Assembly (NCBI RefSeq): GCF_004010195.1
Contig: NC_057719.1
Location: forward strand, 73,630,969-73,694,968
Direction: 5' to 3'
Length of the DNA: 64,000 nucleotides
DNA from: Chiloscyllium plagiosum
Lineage: Eukaryota
Part shown: positions 1 to 11,959 of the stretch, piece by piece
Numbering within the stretch: position 1 is the first letter of the stretch
Layout of the letters: the number at the start of each line of letters is the position of its first letter
Program-made: the position numbers and the translations under genes
The notes under the pieces: generated by a model
The model's database searches: none
Told to the model about the DNA's origin: nothing
What the model saw: the letters and a program-made list of their open reading frames with translations, nothing else

Positions 1-391
1 CAATCCACAGGAACTGATCCCGAATCTATTGAACTCTGGAAAATAATCACCAACGCATCCACGATTTCTCGAGCCACCTCCTTCAGTACCCTAGGATGTA
101 GACCATCAGGCCCCGGGGACTTATCAACCTTCAGACCTAACAGTCTCTCCAACACCAATTCCTGGCAAATATAAATTCCCTTAAGTTCAGGTGCATCAGC
201 CACTGTTACCTCAGGGAGATTGCTTGTGTCTTCCCCAGTGAACACAGATCTGAAGTACCAATTCAATTCTTCTGCCAGTTCTTTGTTCCCCATAATATAT
301 TCCTCTGTTTCTGTCTTCAAGGGCCCAACTTTAGTCTTTACCATTTTTTTTGCCTTTCACATACCTGAAAAAACTTTTACTATCCTCCTTG
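1..391 (-). mobile_element. CR1-clade LINE ORF2 fragment
   Basis: The reverse strand reads as CR1 RT-proximal sequence (...KSPGPDGLHPRVLKEVAREIVDALVIIFQ...). Confidence 0.8.
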
Positions 392-937
392 GTAATGGTG
401 GATTTCTCAAGCCAAGAATATATCTATGAAGAATATTAATATTTGTTAAAACAAGCATTTACAGTAATCCACTTTGTAATATGATAACATAATATAACTT
501 GACAGTTCTAAAGATTCGATTTTCAACATTTTTTGAATCTATTGTATGTTCAATCCTGATGACAAAATTATTACAAAATCTGAATAGCTGTGTCTTTGTT
601 TGGTTTCCCCTTTTGCACACTTGTTTTGCAACTATCCTGTTCAGTTCCCAATGTCCAACAGGTGCTTCACATTTTCTTCTGTTCTCACCAGACCCAAAGT
701 TTCTTCTGTAAGCAAACCAAACAGCTGGAAACCTACTTCCACGCCTCATGCCGTTGTGCAGCCAGCTTTAGTATACACAGTTCAGAATTATTGGCCTCAT
801 TCATTTGATTTTATTCTACAGCTTCCTTTTGGAAAGCTTGGCTGAAATGGAGAAAGCTGCCGACTTGAAGTTCCAGTCTGGATCGTGAGCCGGTTCCCAA
901 TCCCACATCAGACAGAGTTTGCCCACTTGCATCCTGG

Positions 938-2200
938 ATGAAAAACCCAAAATGTAAAATTGGCCTGAAGGTAGTGGTGATAGAGGGTTGTTTTTCAGAC
1001 TGGAGGCCTGTGACCAGCAGTGTGCCGCAAGGATCACCACTATTATTCGTCATTTATATAAATGACTTTGATGAGAATTTAGGAGGTATGGTTAGTAAGC
1101 TTGCAGATGACACCAAGATTGGTGGTATAGTGAACAACGAAGGTTATCTGGGAATGTAGCGAGATCTTGTTCAACTGGACCAGTGGGCTGAGAAATGGCA
1201 GATGCAGTTTAATTTAGATAAATGCAAGTTGTTGCATTTTGGTAGATCGCACCAGGGCAGGACTTACAAAATTGATGGCTAGGCCCTGGGGAGTGTTATA
1301 GAACAAAGAGATCTGGGGATACAGATTAATAACTCCTTGAAGTTACAGATGGACAGGGTGGTGAAGAAGGCTTTCGGCATGCTTGCTTTCATTGGTCAGA
1401 GCATTGAGTATAGAACAGTATGGGACATCCTGTTGCAGCTGTACAAGATGTTGGTAAGGCCACATTTGGAATACTGCATGCAGTTCTGGTTACTCCACTA
1501 TTGCAAGGATGTTACTGAGCTAGAAAGAGTGCAGAAAAGATTTACTAGGATGCTACCTGGACGGGAAGGCTGGAGTCATAAGGAGAGGCTGGATAGGCTG
1601 GGACTTTTTTCCCTTGAACATAGGAGACAGGGAGAGAACCTTATGGAGGTCTACAAAATCATGAGAGGCATAGATAAGGTAACCAATAGCTTTTCCCAGT
1701 GGTAGAGGGCATAGGTTTGAGCTGAGAGGGGAGAGATACAAAAGGGTCCAGAGTGTGGTATGTGTCTGGAATGGGCTGCCAGGGGTAGTATTGGAGGTGA
1801 GTACAATTTTATCATTTAAGAAACATTCGGACAAGTATGTGGATCGAATAAGATTGGAGGGATATAGTCAAGAGTGTGGTGCTGGAAAAGCACAGCAGGT
1901 CAGGCAGCATCCAAGGAGCAGGAAAATCAAAGTTTCAGGCAAAAGCCCTTCATCAAAGGCTGTTGCCCGAAACATCGATTTTCCTGCTCCTCGGATGCTG
2001 CCTGACCTGCTTTGCTTTTTCAGCACCACACTCTCGACCCTAATCTCCAGCATCTGCAGTACTCACTTTCGCCTATGGAAGGATATAGACCAAATGCATG
2101 CAAATGGGACTGGATTAATTGTAAAAACTGGGTGGCATTGACAAGTTAGGCCAAAGGGCCTATTTTCACACTGGACACCTCAATGAGTTTGAGTCTATGA
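938..2200 (+). mobile_element. CR1/HER1-like LINE 3' portion (RT C-terminus and tail), interrupted by a PLE-derived insert
   Basis: ORF remnants SDWRPVTSSVPQGS, KLADDTKIGG and VRPHLEYC..ELERVQKRFTRMLPG. Confidence 0.9.
1868..2075. mobile_element. Palindromic PLE-derived element (family A)
   Basis: Inverted arms about 1871-1953 and 1954-2035. 13-bp near-TSD tggagggatatag (1855-1867) / tggaaggatatag (2076-2088). Same sequence as the tail of the PLE fragment at 26851-27375. Confidence 0.8.
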
Positions 2201-2719
2201 CTTTCATAGAAACTATCCAGTAAACAACATATGCAGCAGTTGAATGGATCATTGCAGAAACCATGCCCCAGTTTTATGAAGAAAGTTGCTGTACTCCATG
2301 GTTAAAGGTTTGAAGGTTATTTTGAAAGCTACTGTCAGAAGGTCAGTGTGTAAGGCAAGTGTGGGGTGGGGTGCCCAGTAGGTGTGGGGTTGTACATAGT
2401 GTAGAGTAGGTAGGGAGGTGGGTTGCCAGGTGGGCAAGATAGTTGAAGATATAGAGTGGCAGTTGGACCTAAGGTTGAATGTAGGTATCCATGAAAGAGG
2501 TGGGGTTGCAGTGAGAGTTTGGGATGGGTTTTTGGGTGGGGGGAGGAAATTAGTTTGAATGATTGAGGTGGTCAGTTTTATAATTAGCAAGGAGTTAGAG
2601 CCTGTTATAATCCCTGTAGACTTTCCTAGGTAACTGCTAAGGTAAGTAAGTCACAAGCCTCTGAAGTCTCCACCTTGAGTTCGAAACTTTTTCAGAGGGT
2701 TCCAGGTACCAGATAATTA

Positions 2720-3298
2720 TGTGACAATGCTGCACCTTTAACAAGGTTGTGTTGTCCTGATTTTGTTTTTCTAAAGGGGTCATAAAAATTAGAGGTTCCG
2801 ATATGTCTGGAAATACCTAATTGAGAAGGCACAATGAAACTTGCACAATGAAAGGAGAGTGGCCAGTTCTCCCATTCAGGATTTTGGTTTGGTTTGGTTT
2901 AAGCAAGCAGTCTGTTTAAAGCTGCTGCACCCAAAGAAACAGCTATATGCTGATTCTCTCTCTCTCTTTCTCTCTCTCTCTGCAATATCTCTCCTGCAAG
3001 AACCTGCATTTGAATTTACCTTTTTGCCAAGGGGGTTTTATGGGATGTTGCAAAAATTTGGAACACCATTATTAATTTGCAGTAGAGTTGATTGGGTTTT
3101 CAAATAGTTATGTTATTCTAAATTTGGTTTTCTTTTGTTTGTGTGTAAATAAATTCTGTTTTGTTTAAAACCGAGTGGTTGGGCCAGCTGCATCACTCCT
3201 GGAATATCCACTGTACACCTGCTTAAAACAACTAGAAGTGTTAGGGCCTGCACTACCTTCTTCAAATGTTTTGAGGGGATCTGGCCTGGTCCATAACA
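2720..3298 (+). mobile_element. Solo LTR (Gypsy-like)
   Basis: TG...CA termini (tgtgaca...ccataaca), 4-bp TSD ATTA at 2716-2719 and 3299-3302, internal AATAAA and (CT)n. Confidence 0.75.
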
Positions 3299-3723
3299 AT
3301 TATCCTTCAGATGTTTGAACTTCCTGGACATTTAACACTTAGTGTATTGTGATCTCTGAGAGATCTAGTGCATCATTGTGGAAATGACATGCATAACTTC
3401 AAATATTTCCACTTGGTAACAGACATCCTTCAAACCTCCCTGCACTTGCCAGACCCCTATCATTCATATCCATTATGCATCAATAGCTGACACCTGTTTA
3501 CTTCTCCACTGACAGGGATCGTATGTGATCAGCTATAAATTAAATCAAACTCATTGTAAACATTTTTCTGATCTGAATGAATCAACAGATTTTGATATAA
3601 TGAACAGATTTTGTGCTCGGTGGTGAATGATGATTCTGCATATACTTGCTTTCATTGGGTGTTTGAATTGCAACTGGCAACTATTTATGAGCTAAACAGC
3701 ATCTTGCTCACCATGTAGGATCT

Positions 3724-3820
3724 TGTTAAAAATCACACAACACCAGGATATAGGTTTATTTGGATATAATCGCTTTTGGAGCACTGCTCCTTCTTCAGGT
3801 AGCTGTGGAGTAGGACCATA
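3724..3820 (-). mobile_element. PLE-derived element, family B half-copy
   Basis: Same sequence as the left arm of the 17964-18146 palindrome. Decayed CTGAAGA-A-GGAGC..GCTCC hammerhead remnant on the minus strand. Confidence 0.7.
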
Positions 3821-4078
3821 GTGATCCAGTGAGCTGAGTGGCCTTCTTCCAGTAAAGAATGAAAATATGTACATCAGGTTTGTATGGTTGTAGGTGCATG
3901 AAGGTTCCAAAAAACACAGGGATGTGAGGGAGGTAGTGGATAGTTGTAATTTTGTAGTTTTCTGTGGGTTTGAAAACTCCTATGAAGCATCACTGCAGAA
4001 TGTTGGATTTCTGTTGGAATTCCAAAGAATGACATAAGGAATTTCAGCTTCTTCCTGCCTTTGGACCACTTTAATTCT

Positions 4079-5490
4079 GGGTAGAAGGACAATTAATGGT
4101 CTATGAAGGCTGATAGTCAGCAGCCAACTGGAATTTTCCAGTCAGTTTGTGGGCCTTTCACTTGGAACTAAACATGAATGAGGAATGGAAATGATTTCCC
4201 ATTGGCAGACCTTGGAGTGGGGGAACAGAGACAGCACAGTTTCATGCCAGGAAACTCTCCTACATCCACCACGGCTGTTGGCACACAGCTGGTGGCTATG
4301 CAGTGGAGGAATGGCCCCTCCATGATGACAGTCTTGCAGCTGTGGGCATCTTTAAATTGAACCATCTTCTCTGTTCTTTTCAGAGAGTGCCTCCTTCAAT
4401 TTTTCCCCTGAAGGTGTCATTCCTTGCTAGTGTATGTGTTTCTGGTTGCTGACCATAACCTTATCTGAGTGACCATACTTCAAATCTTTGATCATAAACT
4501 ATCAGTGTATATAAGGTACTTCAGTACAGAGCATTATGCCTCGATTTGTCCTCGCCTGACATCTGCACATGTTCACTTCCAGCAGAGGTTACCTCTCTGG
4601 AAGTGTATATGATCAGTCACAGTCTCTCTATACTCTAATCTGCTTGAGATCAACCAACAAAGCCCAGATATTTGATAGAGCCTTGGAACTTGAAATGACT
4701 TAGAAATTCTTGCCAGCTGAGTGGTTTAGCGCAGTGCTAGTGTCACACTTGCAATGGAGTGTTCTCATTGTGAAGATGAGACTGCATCTGCACAAGGACT
4801 GAGTGTTGTTTGCTCATACTAACATTGTCATGGACAGATACATCTATAACCAGTAGCTTTCTGTGCACCAAATCGAGTGGCCTTTTTGGTTCGATTGTCA
4901 TCTTCTGAAAGCTCAGGCTAGTAGCTGTTTCTTTCAGGATTCAGCCAGCCCCATCAGTGTTGATAGCACTCAGCAGCTTTCAGTAATAGACATTGATGGT
5001 ACCTGTCCAGAATAGATTGTGTGCCTCTTTCCTTCTTCCAAGTGGTGTTTGACAAAGGAAAGGGTGGATTCAACAGCTGAGAGTAGGTGCGAGTTAGTAG
5101 GAGGTTTCCATGCCTGATGCTATGAAACTTCATGGAGCCCACAGTCAATGTTTAAGGCTCCCAGGGGCACATACGAATGTCTTATTCTACTGGCTGTGAT
5201 GGGCTTTACTGTTACTGAGACAAGACATATCCAGGGTTGATATTGGGTGAGGCCTATAAGGTGCGGTCACACTCACAGATCGTATTTATGTCAGGCTAGT
5301 TTGATGGGTAGAAGGACAATTAGTGGACTATGATAGTCAGCAGCCAACTGGAATTTTCCAGTCAGTTTGTGGGCCTTTCACTTGGAACTAAACATGACCG
5401 AGGAATGGAGATGGTTTCCCATTGGCAGACATTGGAGAGTGGGAGCAGAGACAGCATTCTTTCATGGTAGGAAACCCCCGTCCACCACGG
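4079..5490 (+). repeat. About 190-bp direct duplication (4079-4274 and 5306-5490)
   Basis: Both copies share gggtagaaggacaatta...cagcagccaactggaattttccagtcagtttgtgggcctttcacttggaactaaacatga...ccaccacgg. Confidence 0.9.
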
Positions 5491-6239
5491 GGCTGGCCGA
5501 ACATATTTCACCCTCTTAATTGGGAGGACTTTACTGCATTGCCTGAGCTGGGTGTGTTTTATTTTCAATACCTGTTGCCGATGCTGAACTCAACAGTGTG
5601 TCCAGTTTGTTTTTATGCTTATTTGCTATGATTTGAAACAACAGTGTCTTGCTGGGCTATTTTGTGGGCAGTTAAGAGCCAATCACATTGATGTGGATCT
5701 GGAGTCTCTCAGGCCACACTGGGAAAGGTCTTCCCCCAACAGAACATTAATGAACCAGTCGGATTTGTACAACAATCCAATAGCCTCACAGTCATGATGA
5801 CCGGTATTAGCTTGTTTCTAGTTTTTATTTAGTTTCTTTTCCTTAATTGAATTGAAATTCCCAAACTGCCAGGGCGGGATTTGAACTGACCCCGATGTAA
5901 TCATTGGGATGTTCCCCACACACTGGAGCAGGAATTCCTCTTGTATTCTTACTGTATGGACGCATGACAGCTTTTGAATAAATGTGTGAGTCTGAATAAA
6001 TGTGAATATAGCCCATGCTCTAATGAAAAGCTCACAATTTTTTTTAAAAATCGCTAAAAATTGTGTTTTCCTCTGCTCCCTGGCTCACTTCCCTTTCCCA
6101 CTCAGTGGATCACTTCAGTGAAATATACCTCTCACTGCTGTAGGTGGTGCTGGGAACAAATATTGTTTTTTTTTAGAACTTAAAATTGCAATAGCAGAAG
6201 TGAATGAATTTCACTTCACCCCCACTCTCCAGCACACAT

Positions 6240-6960
6240 ATAGTTTTGTTCCTGTTATAAACATAGCTCACGCTCTCTGCTGACTCTACGCAGCTAGTTC
6301 ATATGCATTCATTTAAAACGACAACTTGCACAGTAAGAAAAAAGTGCTTTCCATCTGCTGTCCTTCAGCTTGTTAGAGCCGTACGTTTTTATTCCACACA
6401 CCTCTGTGAGCAAACAGTGAATGACATCACCTAACTGATTATTACCACAGGGTCAGTGTTCAATTTTTTTTAAAAAAAAGGCCCCAATTCCCATGCAACT
6501 TCTCCAGTATATACATCAGACACTGATACTGCAGCCTCTGCAATGAACTCGGACCCACCGGGCTCATGCCCACCGCTCGGGAACTGATTCCAACCTGGGA
6601 AGAGAAATTAACCATCAACTCGAAGGCTCCACCCCTCAGTTCCCGCTGCCTGCTGTAGAAACTGGCTTGTGCGCTCCACCATCTATCTACCTCTTTGGGA
6701 GTGCTCAGGGCAATTTTCCCCATCCGCACGGACAGCTTGAACCATCCTACTCATGTCCACTCTAGCTGAGATACCTCCTGGTTACAACCCACCACAGCAG
6801 GCGCCCTACAATGTCACGGATGGGCGTTTCAAACAGCTACAAGGTACACTCCGTGCTATCTCTCCCCATTTCGGGTTCTAACGAAACTACCGCACATGTA
6901 ACGGCGTTAAGAGGCGGAGACGCCTGACAGAATATAAGACACGCGAATGTGGCACTCTGA
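6240..6960 (+). promoter_or_regulatory. Candidate alternative promoter / CpG-rich 5' region
   Basis: No recognisable repeat. About 20 CpGs in 6540-6960 against a CpG-depleted background. TATAAA at 6256-6261 and CRE/AP1-like TGACATCA at 6422-6429. Surrounds the candidate first coding exon. Confidence 0.5.
6753..6843 (+). CDS. sptb: Putative alternative first coding exon of beta-spectrin (short, ELF/betaII-sigma2-like N-terminus)
   Basis: ATG at 6753 with an in-frame upstream TGA at 6738-6740. Translates as MSTLAEIPPGYNPPQQAPYNVTDGRFKQLQ plus G|gtacac. The phase-1 donor joins the 25689 exon to give GAT (D-E-R-E). GRFKQLQ-DERE matches my recollection of the short SPTBN1 isoform junction. Confidence 0.85.
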
Positions 6961-9729
6961 AAATGCAGAACACATTAGCTCGAATGAATGACTTTACTAA
7001 CAAGGAGGCAATTACTAAGCAATGGTTGAACATGTTTTAAAAAAAAGTAAAGATTATGTGTTAATCCTGGCCATCAGATTGATGCATGATTTATATGTTT
7101 ATGGTGTAAAATAATGTAGGGTAGAGGCATTTCAAGGGTTATCAAATGCTGAAGACCTGTTAAAAATTCAAAATTTAACTGATCGATAAGCAGAAAGAAT
7201 GACACACTCAGAATCATGGTGTTGAGAAACTGCAAGTAATTTCTTCAGGTTTTCTAACAGCTGTGTCTGACCGAAGTACAGTTCAAGCATTAGATAAAGC
7301 CTCATAAATAAATAAGTTGTGCTTGGGGACAGTCTACGCTGCCAAGTACTTTGGACTGTGCCTTGTGCTGCTGAGCACCAGGAAGGTTCAATAAGGAGAA
7401 CCATTGAGACAGTCCGAGCAAATTCCTGCCTCGAGTTGCTTCTGATCTGGTTTGCAGAATCCCAGGATCCTTGTTTCAGTTTTCCTCAGTCTGAGCCACC
7501 TTCACTGAATATTATCAGCCCATGATTGATTGACAGAGCAGATTCAATGGGCTGAATGGCCTGATTTTTGCTCCTATGCCTTAAGAGTAATTGGGTCACT
7601 TCATAATGGGTTTACATTGAGTAGTGCAATCTATGATGTCTAAGGACCCTTTCTGTGCTGTTGTAACTTTTCAGCATCATATTATCATAGATTAAAGAAA
7701 ACTCATGTTCAGGTTATTTTTAATTAAGCAAAATTAGCCCCTGCTAGATTGCCCTCCCATCAGTATGTATTCCTTGAGCTGATGATGCTGGTGTATGCTG
7801 TCCCAGTATTCTACACTAGGAAGGAGTGAGGGACTGCAGAAGATATAGCACTGTTATTGTAGAGTGCTAGGAGAATCGTACATAAGGAATAAATAATGGC
7901 TTGTTAGTACTGAACTTAAAACATTTTTAAAAGGTGAAGAGAAGTTGAAGCTTGTCTTGTACTTACCAGGATGAGGATGGAAGAAACAGTCTTGGGGGGA
8001 CTAATTGAGACAGCATGAGAAGAGGGCACTGGTTGGTTGGACCATCATTGATATGGAGATGCAGCAGGAATAGTTAAATATCAGTCTTCAGTCTCAGCGC
8101 AGGCAAGTACACTCTGGTCAGGGTGTTCTCATGGGAATGCAGCAGAAATTGGAAGTCTCCATCACCCATCTTTCTCCCAATGAGGGTGCAGTATATGTCT
8201 GAATTCTTTTGCCTAAAGAGTCTTTGACGTTATTATATGTAGTTTATAAAATGGGCAAATGCATCACACTGTGGGCCGGAATGACCATCTTAAATTGATT
8301 TCTGGTATAATTTTTAGCGAAGTCTAGATTATTTATGAAATGTCCAATAAGCATAACCACATCTAAAGATGATTATACTGCTCTGAGGCTTGAAAACATG
8401 GGCTGGAGACTTATTGCTGTGCATTTTGGTACACTCTACTGTCAGTTCTGTACTCAGTGTTGAACTGGGAGTGTAAGATAGTCAAATATTGGCCACTTCT
8501 AGGTGACTATTATCTCACTGATCCTGCCAATTCCCAGACAACTTCCATTGTACTGCAACCTGTCCAAATAAGTTTGTTCAGCCATGCTGGGAAGATGAAG
8601 GCTGAAGACTTTCCGAGCAATCTTGTGGGTACGTCTACACCAGATGGACAACAGTGGTTCAAAAAGGTGACTCACCATCACTCCCTTGAAGCTATTTAAG
8701 GATAGTCAACAGTAATGCTCACATTACTGTTTAAAGAATAAGGGAAAATAAATGGGAACTTTCTTCCTGTTGGGTGGACTTTCTTCCGATGGACTTTAAC
8801 TTCCATTTACTGTTCTGGAGTTCAAATGCTAACACTATTTCCAAGGTTGTGATTCAATCAATACAGGTGTCTGTGAAATGCTAGCGTAAAGAAGAAATTA
8901 GGAACTTTTTTTTTAAGATTGAATATGTGAGAAAAATGTCAGAAAAATGTCCATCTGAAGTCCCAAGCTAAAATGGAGGGTTCCAGCTGGTCACTGTTAG
9001 GGTTGACTGGAAGGGAGAGGAGGCTAATAAAATGGCATCTCGGCCTAGCGAGGAATCTTGAATCCTTTACCACGCTGTCTCCTGGGTCATATCACAACTC
9101 CAAGTGAAGCTGCCAGAACTTTCAGTTAACGGAATAGATGTCAATACTGATTCTGCCCACCACCATTGTGGTGCACTGTGGTGCTGGAGGGTAAGAGATG
9201 GCCAGTGGCAGTTCCAGGGTTTGATTACAAGTGATGTATTACATATAATCAAGGCTGAGATGGATTCTTAATCAGCTGCACACAGTCAGAAATGGGAGGT
9301 CACATCCAGGATGAGACATAGCATGCGGAGGCATAATGTTGGGGAATTTGGAGGCAGTTTGGGAATTTGGTGCAGCAGGGAAGAGGTGCTTTTTGCTTGC
9401 TTTTTTGAAATTCATATTTGGTAAGATTTTATTTTTAGCGGGAAAACTTGAAGCCCGGGATTGAGGGCTCAACACAAAAGAAGGAATGACATCACAGATA
9501 AGCTGTAAGTTCACTGGTTGGTAATAGCTGCTGATTTGACTATCTGTTCTCGGTTGAAGATAAGTAGGAGAAATATTTACAGATTACAAATCGAAAGACC
9601 AGTGTGAAATTTAAAAAAAAACAGCAATTTAAAAACTAAACAAATAGAGATGCAGAGCAAGGCAATGTAGTGTACGTGCATGATGTAGGAGCTGATGAAG
9701 GCCGTTCTGGGCTGAGGTGAGCACAATGG

Positions 9730-11570
9730 CCATCAGTAAGTAGAAGGTGCTGGGGAAGCTAGAAGTTGTGAAGGTGGATAAATCACTGGGACCCGATGGA
9801 CTACATCTCAGAATTTTGAAGGAGATAGCTGAGGACATTGTAGAGGCATTGGTAATAATCTTTCAGGAATCACTGGAGTCAGGGAGAGTCCCAGAGGTTT
9901 GGAAAATAACTCATGTTAACATGCCTGTTTAAGAAAGGAGGGAGGCAGAAGTCAGGAAACTATAGGCTAGATGGCCTGACCTCACTGGTTGGTAAGATTT
10001 TAGAGTCTGTTATAAAGGATGAGGTTGGTAAAATAAGGCTGACTCAGTCCAATTTCATCGGTTGGGAGGGGTGGTGGTCATGTCTGACAAATCTGCTACA
10101 ATTCTTTGCGGAGGTAATGAGCAAACTCGACAAAGGAGAGCCAGCGGATATGATCTATTTGGACTTCCACAAAATCCTTGACGAGGTGCTGCACAGGAAG
10201 CCTCTAAATAAGATAAGAGCCCAGGGTGTTAGGGACAAGCTACTGCAAGGTTAGACAATTGGCTGATTGGCAAAAGGCAGAAAGTGGGGGCTAATGGATC
10301 TATTTCAGAATGGCAGCTGGTGGAATTCTGCAGGGGTCAGTGTTGGGATCACAACTACATGTATTCACATTACACATTAATGATCTGAATGTATTATTGC
10401 TAAGATGACCTAAAGGTACGTGGAGAGACATGTAGTGTTGAGGAAGTGGGGAGGCTGCAGAAGGACTTGGGTGGGCTAGGAGATTGGGCACAGAAGTGAC
10501 AGATGGTATACAACATGGGAAAGTGTGAGATTATAAACTTTGGTAAGAAGAGTAGAAATGTAGGCCATTTTCTAAACTGGGAAAGTGAGGACTGCAGATG
10601 CTGGAGATCAGAGTTGAAAAGTGTGGTGCTGGAAAAGCACAACCAGTCAGGCAGCATCTGAGGGTCCTGATGAAGGGCTTATGCCCGAAACGTCAATTCT
10701 CCTGCTCCTCGGATGCTGCCCGACCTGTGCTTTTCCAGCACCACACTTTTCGATTATTTTCTAAATGGGGAAAAGCTTTGGAAATCTGTAGCACAAAGGG
10801 ACTGAGGAGCCCTAGTTCCGGACTCTCAAGGTGAACATGTAGATTCAGTTGGTAGTTAGGAAGGCAAATGCAATGTTAGCATTCATTTGAAGAGGGCTAG
10901 AATGCAAGAACAGAGATATACTGCTCGGGCTGCAAAAGGCTCTGGTCAGGCCGCATTTAGAATATTATGAGCAGTTTGGGTCCCGTATCTAAGAAAGGAT
11001 GTGCTAGCATTAGAAGGGGTCCAGAGGAGGTTTACAGGAATGATCCCGGGGATGACAGGCTTGTCATAAGAGGAGTGGTTTGGGACTGTACTTGATGAAG
11101 TTTCGAATGTTGAGGGGGGATCTGATTGAAATTTAAAGAACACTGAGAGGCTTAGATAGAGCAGACACTGACAAGGTGTTTCCACTAGTAAGAAAGACTT
11201 GGACCTGAGGACTTTCTTCACTGGAGATTGGCTGATCTGTGGAACTTATTGCTGCAGAAAGCTGTGGAGGCCAAGTCATTGAGTATATTCTAAGACAGAG
11301 ATAGATAGGTTCTTGATTAGGAAAAGGATCAAGAGGAATGGGGAGAAGGCAGGAGAATGGGATTGAGAAACATATCAGCCATGATTGAACAGCAGAGCAG
11401 ACTCAATGGGTCAAATGGCCAGTACCTTATGGTCATAATCAGTAAGGGAATCAAGGAGTTTATGGAAAAGGCAGGAAAGTGGAGGTGGAGATTATCAAGT
11501 TAGCCATGATCTCATTGAATGTTGGAATAGATTTGATGAGCTGAATAGCCTCCTATGGCATATGGTCTAA
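9730..11570 (+). mobile_element. CR1-clade LINE ORF2 (degenerate) with 3' tail
   Basis: DKSLGPDGLHLRILKE, GNYR..LTSLVGKILES, IYLDFHK and VRPHLEY motifs, with frameshifts. Confidence 0.9.
10577..10755. mobile_element. Palindromic PLE-derived element (family A) inserted in CR1, with a hammerhead core at 10667-10694
   Basis: TSD attttctaaa at 10567-10576 and 10756-10765. Core CTGATGA-A-GGGC-TTAT-GCCC-GAAA-CG-TC. Confidence 0.8.
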
Positions 11571-11959
11571 TAGTGACTGGATGTCCCAGGTGAGTGGGGC
11601 TGGACCTTTATAACATAGGCCTCCCATCATTGTCTGCCACGAACCTGCCTGAAACTGGGCTGATTTCATAGAAGAATGCTCCCTTTCTGCTCTGGTAATA
11701 AAATAAAGCATAATGTTTGCCTACCTCCAAAATGTATGTGCCTTGAATACAATTACACTTTCAGAAACAGCATTTAAAACCTCAATTTCATATATGGGTC
11801 ATGAATTACACAGAAAATGGCATATTGTATCATTATTTTAATAAAAGGGGAATTTATTTTCCTAATTCTGGTTTTAGAATGGCTGTTCTCCAGAAAGGAA
11901 TCCGAGACTACCTCAGACATAGCTACTCCACAAAGGCTGACTTCAGACTTTAATTTGAA

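Noticed and set aside
2249..2590. 113-aa Pro/Thr-rich minus ORF
   Set aside because: Product of a GT-rich low-complexity tract.
6610..6627. NHQLEG peptide resembling NQLEG of the short SPTBN1 N-terminus
   Set aside because: Different frame from the 6753 ORF, no ATG after the stop at 6544-6546, and the frame ends in TAG. Treated as coincidence.
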